Assembly (NCBI GenBank): GCA_001915025.1
Contig: MNDR01000010.1
Coordinates: forward strand, 948-64,947
Source: Gemmatimonadetes bacterium 13_2_20CM_2_65_7
GTDB taxonomy: Bacteria; Gemmatimonadota; Gemmatimonadetes; Gemmatimonadales; GWC2-71-9
Reading direction: 5' to 3'
Length of the DNA: 64,000 bases
The notes beneath the pieces were generated by a model. It was not told where the DNA came from. It ran no database searches and worked only from the letters and a program-made list of their open reading frames with translations. Numbering within the stretch: the first letter of the stretch is position 1; the number at the start of each line of letters is the position of its first letter. Shown piece by piece: positions 9,675-18,115 of the stretch. The position numbers were made by a program, and so were the translations under genes.

Positions 9675-10628
9675 ATGCGGGACCTGTCGTTGTCACGCAG
9701 CCAGCTGCTGCTCCTCGCGGGAACGGCCAACCGGCCCCTTGCCGAGGAGATGGCTCAGCATTTGGGACAGCCGCTGTGCGCGGTCACGATGCGGCGGTTT
9801 GCCGACGGCGAGATCTTCGTAAAAATCGACGAGAACGTGCGCGGGCGGGACGTCTTCATCATCCAGCCCACGAATCCGCCGGCGGAAAACTACATGGAGC
9901 TGCTGCTGCTGATGGACGCAGCGCGGCGGGCGAGCGCCGCGCGCATCACGGCCGTGCTGCCCTACTTCGGCTACGCGCGCCAGGACCGCAAGGATCAGCC
10001 GCGCGTGGCAATCAGCGCCAAGCTGATGGCGAACTTGATCACGCACGCGGGCGCGGATCGCGTGCTGGGAATGGATTTTCATTCCCACCAGGTGCAGGGA
10101 TTCTTCGATATCCCGGTGGATCACCTGTACGCGGCGCCGGTGTTCGTGAGCCACTACCGGACGAAGCGGCTGCATCAACCGGTGGTCGTCGCGCCGGACG
10201 TGGGATCGGCCAAGATGGCGCGCGGGTTCGCGAAGCGGCTCGACGCGTCGCTCGCGATCATCGACAAGCGCCGTCCCTCGGCGAACATCGCCGAAGTCGT
10301 GAACGTCGTGGGAGAGGTGGAGGACAAGGATTGCCTCATCCCCGACGACATGATCGACACCGCGGGGACGATCTCCGAGGCGTCGGCGGCGCTGAAGCGG
10401 CTGGGTGCGCGACGGATCTTCGCGTTCGCGACGCATGCCCTGCTGTCGGGACCGGCGGTCGAGCGGCTCCGCGCCGCGCCGATCGAAGAAGTGACGGTGA
10501 CGAACACGATCCGGATTCCCGAGGATCGACAGTTCGAGAAACTGAAGGTGTTGTCGATCGCGAGCCTGATGGCCAAAGCCATCGGCTACGAGCATTCGAA
10601 TCAGTCGGTCAGTTCTCTATTTGATTGA
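9675..10628 (+). CDS. prs: Ribose-phosphate pyrophosphokinase
   Basis: FADGE, PYFGYARQDRK, VVAPDVG, DDMIDTAGT PRPP-binding motif. Confidence 0.98.
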   Translation: MRDLSLSRSQLLLLAGTANRPLAEEMAQHLGQPLCAVTMRRFADGEIFVKIDENVRGRDVFIIQPTNPPAENYMELLLLMDAARRASAARITAVLPYFGYARQDRKDQPRVAISAKLMANLITHAGADRVLGMDFHSHQVQGFFDIPVDHLYAAPVFVSHYRTKRLHQPVVVAPDVGSAKMARGFAKRLDASLAIIDKRRPSANIAEVVNVVGEVEDKDCLIPDDMIDTAGTISEASAALKRLGARRIFAFATHALLSGPAVERLRAAPIEEVTVTNTIRIPEDRQFEKLKVLSIASLMAKAIGYEHSNQSVSSLFD

Positions 10629-10640
10629 GTTGAGGAACGC

Positions 10641-11360
10641 ATGGCGCAAACAGTGACGCTGTCCGCGACGGCGCGGGAGAAGACGGGCAAGGGCGCGGCG
10701 CGGCAGGCCCGCTTCCAGAAGCAGGTGCCGGCCGTCATCTACGGCCACGGCCGCACGACGCAGACCTTGATGGTGGATGCGCTCGCGCTCGAGAAAGCGC
10801 TGGCCGGCATCGAGCCGGAGAGCACGCTCATCGAGCTGACGGTGGACGGCAAGAAATCGCGCACGCTGATCCGCGAGATCCAGCGCCATGCGCTCCGCCC
10901 CGACATCATCCACGTGGACTTCTACGAGATCCAGGCGCACGAGAAGATCACGCTCAAGGTCCCCGTGCACCTCGTGGGAGCACCCGACGGTGTGCGCAAC
11001 GCCGGCGGCGTGCTCGACCAGGTGACGCGCGAAGTCGAAATCGAAGTGTTGCCCGAGCACATCCCCGACCGCGTGGAGCTCGACGTCACCGCGCTGAAGA
11101 TCGGCGACTCGCTGCACACGCGCGATCTCTCGATTCCGAACGCCGTCATCCTGACCGGCGCGGATCTGACGATCGCCACGGTGGTGCCGCCGCGCGCCGA
11201 GGAGGTTGCCGCACCGACCCCCGAAGCGACGACCGAGGTCGCCGAGCCCGAGCTGATCCGCAAGGTCCGCGAGGGCGAGGAAGGCGAAGCGGGCGAAGCT
11301 GTCGCCCCTGCGGCCGAGGAGAAAGAGAAGAAGTCTCCGAAGGCCCCAGAGAAGCCCTAG
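10641..11360 (+). CDS. rplY: 50S ribosomal protein L25/Ctc
   Basis: GKGAARQAR, VPAVIYG, HVDF, C-terminal TL5 domain and acidic tail; prs-rplY-pth order. Confidence 0.97.
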   Translation: MAQTVTLSATAREKTGKGAARQARFQKQVPAVIYGHGRTTQTLMVDALALEKALAGIEPESTLIELTVDGKKSRTLIREIQRHALRPDIIHVDFYEIQAHEKITLKVPVHLVGAPDGVRNAGGVLDQVTREVEIEVLPEHIPDRVELDVTALKIGDSLHTRDLSIPNAVILTGADLTIATVVPPRAEEVAAPTPEATTEVAEPELIRKVREGEEGEAGEAVAPAAEEKEKKSPKAPEKP

Positions 11361-11363
11361 TTT

Positions 11364-11903
11364 CTGCGCGCCGTCGTCGGCCTGGGGAACCCGGGCCAGG
11401 AGTATGCGGCGACGCGCCACAATGCCGGCTTCCTTTTGGCCGACGCCGTCGCCGAGCATTGGCAGCTGGGTCCCTTCCGTCGCGCCGAGCGCGCGCGCGC
11501 GACGGAGGGCACCGTCGCCGGAGTTCCGGTTCGCGTTCTCAAGCCCACGACGTTCATGAATCGCAGCGGCGTCGCGCTCGCATCCCTGCGCGCCGATCCG
11601 TCGTTCACGCCCGCGCGTGATCTCCTCATACTCGTCGACGATTTTCAGATCCCGCTCGGCACCTTCCGGCTGCGCAACGAAGGCTCGGCGGGCGGCCACA
11701 ACGGCCTGAAGAGCATCGAGGGCGCGCTGCAGTCGCAGCAGTACGCCCGTCTGCGCATCGGCGTCGGTCCACTGCCCGAAGGCACCGGTGATTGGGCGGA
11801 TTACGTGCTCGCGCCGTTCGAGCAGGAGCAGCTGGAGCAGGTCGAATCGCTCATGCCAGAGATGATCGACGCTGTCGATCGCTGGTTGCGTGAAGGATGC
11901 TGA
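11364..11903 (+). CDS. pth: Peptidyl-tRNA hydrolase (probable CTG start)
   Basis: VVGLGNPG..Y..TRHNAGF, KPTTFMNRSG, GSAGGHNGLKSI, RLRIGVG. The conserved N-terminus lies upstream of the ORF-track start. Confidence 0.95.
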   Translation: MRAVVGLGNPGQEYAATRHNAGFLLADAVAEHWQLGPFRRAERARATEGTVAGVPVRVLKPTTFMNRSGVALASLRADPSFTPARDLLILVDDFQIPLGTFRLRNEGSAGGHNGLKSIEGALQSQQYARLRIGVGPLPEGTGDWADYVLAPFEQEQLEQVESLMPEMIDAVDRWLREGC

Positions 11904-13000
11904 GACTTGGCATTGTCGGGCTGCCCAACGTAGGCAAGTCGACGCTCTTCAACGCGCTCACGTCCTCGAAGGCGGCGGCGGCGGAGAACTATCCCTTTTG
12001 CACGGTCGAGCCGAACGTCGGCGTCGTCGAAGTCCCCGACCCGCGTCTCGAGAAGCTCAACGAGGTCGTCAAGCCGAAGAAAAAGATTCCCGCGGTTGTC
12101 GAGTTCGTCGACATCGCCGGCCTCGTGAAGGGCGCCTCGCAGGGCGAGGGGCTGGGCAATCAGTTCCTCTCCCACATCCGCGAAGTGGACGCCGTCGTCC
12201 ATGTGATCCGTAGCTTCGAGGACTCCGATGTCGTCCACGTCATGGGGCCGGTCGATCCCGTCCGCGATCACGACGTCATCACCAGCGAGCTGGCGCTCGC
12301 CGATCTCGCGGTGGTCGAACGCCGGCTCGACAAGACGCGCAAGTCGGCGCGCGCCGGAGACAAGGAAGCGCAGCTCGAGCTCGTGCTGCTCGAGCGCGTC
12401 GTCGCCGAGCTCAATGCCGGCCGCGGCGCGCGCGAGGCCGGCGAGAGTGAGGACGCGGTGAAGTTTCTGCGCCAGCTTGGTCTGTTGACCGCCAAGCCGA
12501 TACTCTACGCCGCCAACGTCAACGAAGACGACCTGACGAGCGGCGGGGGGAAATGGATCGAGCAGCTGCGCTCGGCGGTGCAGGGTCATCATGAAGAAGC
12601 CGAGATCGTCCTCTTCTCCGCCAAATTCGAGGCCGAGCTTGCCGAGCTGGCGGGCGACGAGCGCCGCGAGTATCTCGCGAGCGCCGGCGTCGCCGAGCCG
12701 GGGCTCGACCGTCTCATTCACGCGGGATATCGCCTGTTGGGACTCCAGACGTTCTTCACGGTCGGCGAGAATGAGGTGCGGGCGTGGACCATGCACCGCG
12801 GGGACACGGCCTACGACGCCGCGGGCGAGATCCATTCCGATTTTCAGCGCGGCTTCATCCGCGCCGAGACGGTTGCGTTCACGGAATTCGTGAAAGCGGG
12901 CAGCTACAAAGCTGCCCGCGAGCAGGGCCTGATTCGCAGTGAAGGTCGCGACTACGTCGTGAAGGACGGCGACATTCTACTGTTTCGCTTCAACGTCTAG
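11897..13000 (+). CDS. ychF: Ribosome-binding ATPase YchF
   Basis: [32 protein letters not shown]-terminal TGS domain ending FRFNV. Confidence 0.98.
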   Translation: MLRLGIVGLPNVGKSTLFNALTSSKAAAAENYPFCTVEPNVGVVEVPDPRLEKLNEVVKPKKKIPAVVEFVDIAGLVKGASQGEGLGNQFLSHIREVDAVVHVIRSFEDSDVVHVMGPVDPVRDHDVITSELALADLAVVERRLDKTRKSARAGDKEAQLELVLLERVVAELNAGRGAREAGESEDAVKFLRQLGLLTAKPILYAANVNEDDLTSGGGKWIEQLRSAVQGHHEEAEIVLFSAKFEAELAELAGDERREYLASAGVAEPGLDRLIHAGYRLLGLQTFFTVGENEVRAWTMHRGDTAYDAAGEIHSDFQRGFIRAETVAFTEFVKAGSYKAAREQGLIRSEGRDYVVKDGDILLFRFNV

Positions 13001-13755
13001 CGCGTCCAGATCCCGACCGAGCCACACTCCCCGCGTCCCTGGATCAGGTCTTTCCCCTCAAAGCCGAACTGATTGATCATGGGCACGCCGAACGGGCTGC
13101 TGTTCGGCGGATCGCGGTAGATCTCCACGGCGGCGACGTTCTCGATGGGAATCCGATCGAGGTCGCGCTCCCAGATCGGCAGGCCGTCCAAACTGATCGG
13201 CACGGAGCAGATGTGGCCGTGGCTGAAACGCGTGGGGAGGCAGGTGTACAGACACCAAGTAAAGATTCCCGCGCCTTTGAGCAGGACGCTGATCGCCTCG
13301 GGGTGCGACCGCTCGATGTCCTCGCGCGTAAAGAAACGCGCAAATCCACCGTAGCGCTGGCGCCGTTCATAGAACCCCGCGAGGTCACGCCAGACGTCGA
13401 CGAACCGCGCTTCGACGACGAGCGGCGCCAGGTTCGTCGCCCGGACGTCGAGCATGACGGCGATGTTCGTCGTCCGACCGGCGCGGAGTGCGAACTCATA
13501 TTCCTGCTCGGTGTGACGGCCCTCATACGAAACCCGCAGTCTCTGCGGTCCTGCGGGAAGCCCCGAGAGCGTGAACCCGCCGTTCGAATCAGTCACAGTG
13601 AACCGCTCCACCTTGGCCACGGAAATCGTCACGCCGGCGATTGGCCGGCCGTTATAAGCGGAAAGGGCATGTCCACTGATACGCGCATTCGTATCGGGTT
13701 GGGTTTGCAGCGTCGGCAGCGAAATCAGAGCCAGCAAGTGAGCGAGCGAGTGCAT
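12997..13755 (-). CDS. Carboxypeptidase-regulatory-like domain plus TonB plug-like domain protein
   Basis: Signal peptide, GRPIAGVTI...TDSNGGF.L.GLPAG motif, C-terminal IPIENVAAVEIY...CG.VGIWTR. Confidence 0.65.
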   Translation of the reverse strand: MHSLAHLLALISLPTLQTQPDTNARISGHALSAYNGRPIAGVTISVAKVERFTVTDSNGGFTLSGLPAGPQRLRVSYEGRHTEQEYEFALRAGRTTNIAVMLDVRATNLAPLVVEARFVDVWRDLAGFYERRQRYGGFARFFTREDIERSHPEAISVLLKGAGIFTWCLYTCLPTRFSHGHICSVPISLDGLPIWERDLDRIPIENVAAVEIYRDPPNSSPFGVPMINQFGFEGKDLIQGRGECGSVGIWTR

Positions 13756-13789
13756 ACTGTGTCCTATCAGGGGCCTGTCTCTTGAGCTA

Positions 13790-15553
13790 TCACCATCCAA
13801 CCGCCTTGCCCTGATTCTGCCGCTCCAGCCAAGCGAGGAGCGGCTGGAAGTAATCTACGATAGCTGTCGCGTCGAGCTGCCGCTCACCGGTCGCATCGGC
13901 AAGGATGTCCTGCCAGGGCCGGCTTTGCCCTGCCGCCAGCATACGAGCCAACTGCTGTCCTGCGGCTTTGTTGCCATACACCGAGCAGCGGTAGAGCGGG
14001 CCGGTCCATCCCGCCGCGCGGCACCAAGAGCGATGTAACTGGAACTGCAAAACGCGAGCCAAGAAATACCTGATATAGGGCACGTTCGCCGCAACGTGAT
14101 ACTTAGCACCCGGATCGAAGTCCTGTTCGGTGCGCGCCACCGGCTCGGCGACGCCTTGATAGCGATGCTTCAGGTCCCACCATGCCGCATTGTAGTGCGC
14201 GGGCGTGATCTCTCCGGAGAAGACGCCCCAACGCCAGCGGTCGAGCGCGAGGGCGAACGGCAGGAATGCGATCTTGTCGAGCGCGATCTGCAGCAACATC
14301 GCCGTATCACTGGCGGCGCTCGGCAGACTGTCGAGCAATCCGATGCGGCGCAGGTATTCCGGCGTGACGGACAGCGCGATCGCGTCGCCGATCGCTTCGT
14401 GGAAGCCGTCGTTCGCACCGTTCTGAAAGAAATAGGACTGCTTTTGATAGGCGCGCTGGTAGAAATTGTGACCCAGCTCGTGATGCACGGTGACGAAGTC
14501 CTCGCCCGTCACCTGCAAACACGCCTTGATGCGCACGTCGTTCTTGCTGTCGATGTCCCACGCACTCGCGTGACAAACGACCTCTCGATCGCGTGGCTTG
14601 GTGAACTGCGACCGCTCCCAGAACGTGGAGGGCAGCGAGTCGAATCCGAGTGAGGTGTAGAAGCGCTCGGCATACCGTACCATCCCGCGCTCATCCACCC
14701 CGTGCGCCCTCAGTAACGCCGTGACGTCGACGCTGGGAGTTGCCGCCGCGGGCGCGACCACGTCGTAAATATTTCCCCACTGCTGCGCCCAGAGGTTACC
14801 CAGGAGATGCGCGGGAATCATCCCGTTCGCCGTCACGAGATTCGGATAGCGCACGGCGAGGCGCGCGCGCACGTAGGCGTGGAGCTGCAGATACAGCGGC
14901 TTGAGCTGCGTCCACAGCCGATCGATCTCGCTCGCGAAGGCATCGGCGGGCATGTCGTAACCGGAGCGCCAGAGCACGCCGACATCGCTGAAGCCGAAGC
15001 CGCGCGCGCCGGCATTCGCAAGCGTGACGAACCGCGCGTAGCGATCGCGCATCCCGACGGAAACGCGGTGCCATCCCCGCCAGGCGTCGAGCAGCTCCGC
15101 CGGATCACGACTGGTCGCCAGGATGCGCTCGATGTCTGTGATTTGCAGACAATGATCAGGCGTCTTGCAGTACTTCCCGCGCCCGTAATCGGCCTGGAGA
15201 CTGCTCGAGATACGGCTTAGCTCCGTCGTCTCACGCGGATCAGGGGGTGGCGGCGCGGGGAGAGACAACCTGAGCAGCAGCAACTGGCGCCGCACGTCGG
15301 CCGGCAAGCGGAGGCGCTCGTATCGCCGCGCTTCCATGGCCAAGTCGCGCGTCGCCACGGCATTGGCTTCCCCCGCCTCGGCCGTCAGCTCTTCAGTGTC
15401 GAACGTGATGTACGTGTTGGCGACCCAGTCGGCCCGAGCGGCTTTGAGGCCCACATCATACAGGGTCGACTCAGCGCGAGCGAGAAACGCCCTCACGTCG
15501 GCGACGGTGGGGGGGGGGCTCTGTACGCACAAGAGGACCAGGACCGCCAGCAC
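13790..15553 (-). CDS. M2 family metallopeptidase (peptidyl-dipeptidase A, ACE-like)
   Basis: HLLGNLWAQ, VCHASAWD, HHELGH zinc motif, GFHEAIGD, FDPGAKYH, PYIRYF. Confidence 0.95.
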   Translation of the reverse strand: MLAVLVLLCVQSPPPTVADVRAFLARAESTLYDVGLKAARADWVANTYITFDTEELTAEAGEANAVATRDLAMEARRYERLRLPADVRRQLLLLRLSLPAPPPPDPRETTELSRISSSLQADYGRGKYCKTPDHCLQITDIERILATSRDPAELLDAWRGWHRVSVGMRDRYARFVTLANAGARGFGFSDVGVLWRSGYDMPADAFASEIDRLWTQLKPLYLQLHAYVRARLAVRYPNLVTANGMIPAHLLGNLWAQQWGNIYDVVAPAAATPSVDVTALLRAHGVDERGMVRYAERFYTSLGFDSLPSTFWERSQFTKPRDREVVCHASAWDIDSKNDVRIKACLQVTGEDFVTVHHELGHNFYQRAYQKQSYFFQNGANDGFHEAIGDAIALSVTPEYLRRIGLLDSLPSAASDTAMLLQIALDKIAFLPFALALDRWRWGVFSGEITPAHYNAAWWDLKHRYQGVAEPVARTEQDFDPGAKYHVAANVPYIRYFLARVLQFQLHRSWCRAAGWTGPLYRCSVYGNKAAGQQLARMLAAGQSRPWQDILADATGERQLDATAIVDYFQPLLAWLERQNQGKAVGW

Positions 15554-15570
15554 ACCCTACAATACAACTC

Positions 15571-15600
15571 CTTTCCGCGCCTTTCCACGCCTTTACACGC
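15571..15600. repeat. Three tandem degenerate decamers CTTT(C/A)C(G/A)CGC
   Basis: ctttccgcgc ctttccacgc ctttacacgc, in the divergent intergenic region between the M2 peptidase and rpsF. Confidence 0.75.
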
Positions 15601-15617
15601 CGCTTAGCTTTCTCGCT

Positions 15618-15681
15618 CACATATCCCCTACTCGGCGCCCCATCCACCGCGCCGGGTCACCCATGTCCAAAGGGAGGTGGC
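15618..15681 (+). promoter_or_regulatory. S6:S18 ribosomal protein leader (autoregulatory RNA)
   Basis: CCCC motif followed by hairpin ACTCGGCGC/GCGCCGGGT; upstream CAC can pair with the GTG of the GGAGGTG SD just before rpsF. Confidence 0.7.
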
Positions 15682-16044
15682 ATGAGTCGTCGGTACGAGA
15701 CGGTTTACATCTTTGATAGTGCGCTGGACGAGCCGGCAATCACCGAAAAGCTGAATCGCTTTCACAGCCTTCTGACCAAGGACGGCAAAGGCACGCTTTC
15801 AAACGTGGCCCACTGGGGCAAGCGGACGATGGCGTTCAAGATCAAGAAGAAGGATACAGGCTATTACGTCGTGGCCGAGTACGAGGCGGCGGGGGACTTG
15901 CTGCCCGAGTACGAGCGCGCCGTGAAGCTCGATGAGGGGGTGGTGCGCTACCTCATCGTCGAAGCCGCGCGCGAGCAGCCGAAACCCGTGGTGACGGCGG
16001 CCGTCGTCCCCGAAGAAGAAGAGCTGGAAGAGGAGGAAGTGTGA
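15682..16044 (+). CDS. rpsF: 30S ribosomal protein S6
   Basis: [24 protein letters not shown]; acidic tail. Confidence 0.97.
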   Translation: MSRRYETVYIFDSALDEPAITEKLNRFHSLLTKDGKGTLSNVAHWGKRTMAFKIKKKDTGYYVVAEYEAAGDLLPEYERAVKLDEGVVRYLIVEAAREQPKPVVTAAVVPEEEELEEEEV

Positions 16045-16262
16045 GACGTCCTGCCAAGACCTGTCCCGTGTGCGAATCCGGCGCGCGCGTGCTCGACTAC
16101 AAGGACGACCGGACGCTGGGCCGGTTCCTGACCGAGCGCGGCAAGATTCTGCCGAGCCGGCTTTCGGGAATGTGCGCGCGTCATCAGCGGCAGCTGGCGA
16201 CGGCTATCAAGCGCGCGCGGCAACTCGCGTTGATCCCGTACATCAAGGGTCACACCGCCTAA
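16041..16262 (+). CDS. rpsR: 30S ribosomal protein S18 (zinc-binding form)
   Basis: CPVC...DYKD...[20 protein letters not shown]...IKRAR..ALIPY. Confidence 0.98.
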   Translation: MRRPAKTCPVCESGARVLDYKDDRTLGRFLTERGKILPSRLSGMCARHQRQLATAIKRARQLALIPYIKGHTA

Positions 16263-16263
16263 C

Positions 16264-17235
16264 GTGACGAAGCAGTCGTGGTGGCGGCCGTTATTTGCCC
16301 TGATCGCCTTCGTGCTCTGGGCACATCCCAGTCTCATGGGCCTGCCGCTCGCCACGTTGCTGATCGTGGCTCCCGCACCGCCCGAGCGTGCCCGTTGGGC
16401 CGTTCCCCTCGCGGGCGTGATCGGAGCGCTGAGCCTCGCGCTCCTGTTTGTCGGCGACGGAACGGGGGGAGGTGGGGAGGGCAGACTCGCCGCGGTGACG
16501 AGCGCGTACATCGTGCTAACCACAGCGGCTTTCGTGGCCGTGATGCTGCTTCGACCTGGTCCGATGCTGCGTCAGGCGTTGCGCGCCACGGCGGCCGGCT
16601 TCCTCGTCACGGCGGTAATGATCGAGGTGCTCTGGGGCACTGAGGCATGGAGGGCACTGGCCTGGGAAGCGACCCGGCAAGCGAGCCTGACGATGCGCTT
16701 CGTCGTGGAGCGAGCGCCCGACGCGTTCATGCTGTACGAGCCGATCGTGCGCTTCGCGAGCGTCACCTGGCCGGGCGTACTCGCCTTGCAGACCCTGGCC
16801 GGCCTCGCGCTGGCGTGGCACCTGCACGTGCGGATCACGACGTCGGCGCTCGGCTCGCCGGTCGGTCGCTTCCGGGATTTCTGCATCGGCGACGCCTGGG
16901 TATGGGGCATCGTGGCCTGGCTCGGTGTCCTGATCCTGCCGGTATCGAGCGCGCTGCATGTGGCGGGCACGAACGTCGGCATCGTGGCCGGCGCGCTGTA
17001 CGTGCTGCGCGGGGCGGCGATCGTGATCACGTTCGCCGATGCGTTCGGCATCTCGGCGACGGCGTTGGCCATTGTCGCGGCGACGGCAGCTGCCCTTGCT
17101 GTTCCACTCCTGTTTGTTCTCCCCGGCCTCTGCACGCTGGGGATCACTGATACGTGGTACCACTACCGGCGGCGACTCGCGGCAGCCCGGGGGGGGCAGC
17201 GCGGGCAGCGCGGCTCCCAGTCCAATCAAACCTGA
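16264..17235 (+). CDS. DUF2232/YybS-like integral membrane protein
   Basis: Multiple TM helices, C-terminal LGITDTW..YRRR; typical position between rpsR and rplI. Confidence 0.75.
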   Translation: MTKQSWWRPLFALIAFVLWAHPSLMGLPLATLLIVAPAPPERARWAVPLAGVIGALSLALLFVGDGTGGGGEGRLAAVTSAYIVLTTAAFVAVMLLRPGPMLRQALRATAAGFLVTAVMIEVLWGTEAWRALAWEATRQASLTMRFVVERAPDAFMLYEPIVRFASVTWPGVLALQTLAGLALAWHLHVRITTSALGSPVGRFRDFCIGDAWVWGIVAWLGVLILPVSSALHVAGTNVGIVAGALYVLRGAAIVITFADAFGISATALAIVAATAAALAVPLLFVLPGLCTLGITDTWYHYRRRLAAARGGQRGQRGSQSNQT

Positions 17236-17247
17236 GGGATTCAAGGG

Positions 17248-17691
17248 ATGGAAATCATTCTGCGGGAAGACGTCCAGCATCTTGGCAAAGTCGGCGAGGT
17301 CGTGAAGGTGAAGGACGGGTACGCCCGCAATTACCTGCTTCCCAAAGGGCTCGCCTATCCGGCGACCGAGGCCAACAAGAAGAAGATCGCCTACGAAGGC
17401 GAGCGCATCGCCAAGCAGCGCGCCTCCGAGAAGTCGACGGCGGAAACCGAAGCGACTCGCCTTGCCGGCGTGCAGCTCAGCTTCGCCGTGAAAGTCGGCG
17501 AGGAAGACAAGCTGTACGGCTCGGTCACGGCCGGCGACATCCAGCGGAAGCTCGAAGAGCTCGGCATTCGCGTCGACAAGCGCAAAATCGATCTGCACGA
17601 GCCGATCCGTGAGCTCGGGGAATTCAGCGTCGGGATCAAGGTCCATCCTGAGGTGCGGCCTGAGGTTCGGATCACGGTGGTGAAGGAGTAA
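17248..17691 (+). CDS. rplI: 50S ribosomal protein L9
   Basis: MEIILREDV.HLG..GEVVKVKDGYARNYLLP, KLYGSVT. Confidence 0.98.
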   Translation: MEIILREDVQHLGKVGEVVKVKDGYARNYLLPKGLAYPATEANKKKIAYEGERIAKQRASEKSTAETEATRLAGVQLSFAVKVGEEDKLYGSVTAGDIQRKLEELGIRVDKRKIDLHEPIRELGEFSVGIKVHPEVRPEVRITVVKE

Positions 17692-17742
17692 CCGCCGCCG
17701 CGTGGCGTGAAGCTTGCAACTGGTTTACTAATGAAAGGGAGG

Positions 17743-18111
17743 ATGGAAACCGCTCCGGTGCTCTCACAGGTTGTTGACGCGTTGGTCGATCGCAAAGCGC
17801 TCGATCCGGTGGTATTAGACCTGCGTGGCTTGTGCGCCGCCACGGACTACTTCGTGATCGTTTCTGGAACGTCGGACGCCCACGTGCGGGGAATGGCCGA
17901 GCATCTCGTGACGGCGCTCGCGCCGGCCGGTCTCGAGCCGCATCATGTTGAAGGATTGGCCCAGGGACGCTGGGTGTTGCTCGACTACGTGGATTTCGTC
18001 GTCCACGTGTTTCATCCAGAGCTCCGCGATTTTTACCAGCTCGAGCGACTGTGGGGCGATGCGCCCGTGGTTGCCGCGGGCGATGCGGGCGGCACCGGTG
18101 CGAAAGGATAG
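17743..18111 (+). CDS. rsfS: Ribosome silencing factor
   Basis: DRKALD, TDYFVIVSG.S, WVLLDY.DFVVHVF...R.FY.LERLW; AGGGAGG SD before ATG 17743. Confidence 0.95.
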   Translation: METAPVLSQVVDALVDRKALDPVVLDLRGLCAATDYFVIVSGTSDAHVRGMAEHLVTALAPAGLEPHHVEGLAQGRWVLLDYVDFVVHVFHPELRDFYQLERLWGDAPVVAAGDAGGTGAKG

Positions 18112-18115
18112 CAGT

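Noticed and set aside
11358..11363. Pyrrolysine or programmed amber read-through making an L25-Pth fusion
   Set aside because: No pyl genes in the window, TAG is used as a normal stop elsewhere, and a CTG sits at the expected Pth start position.
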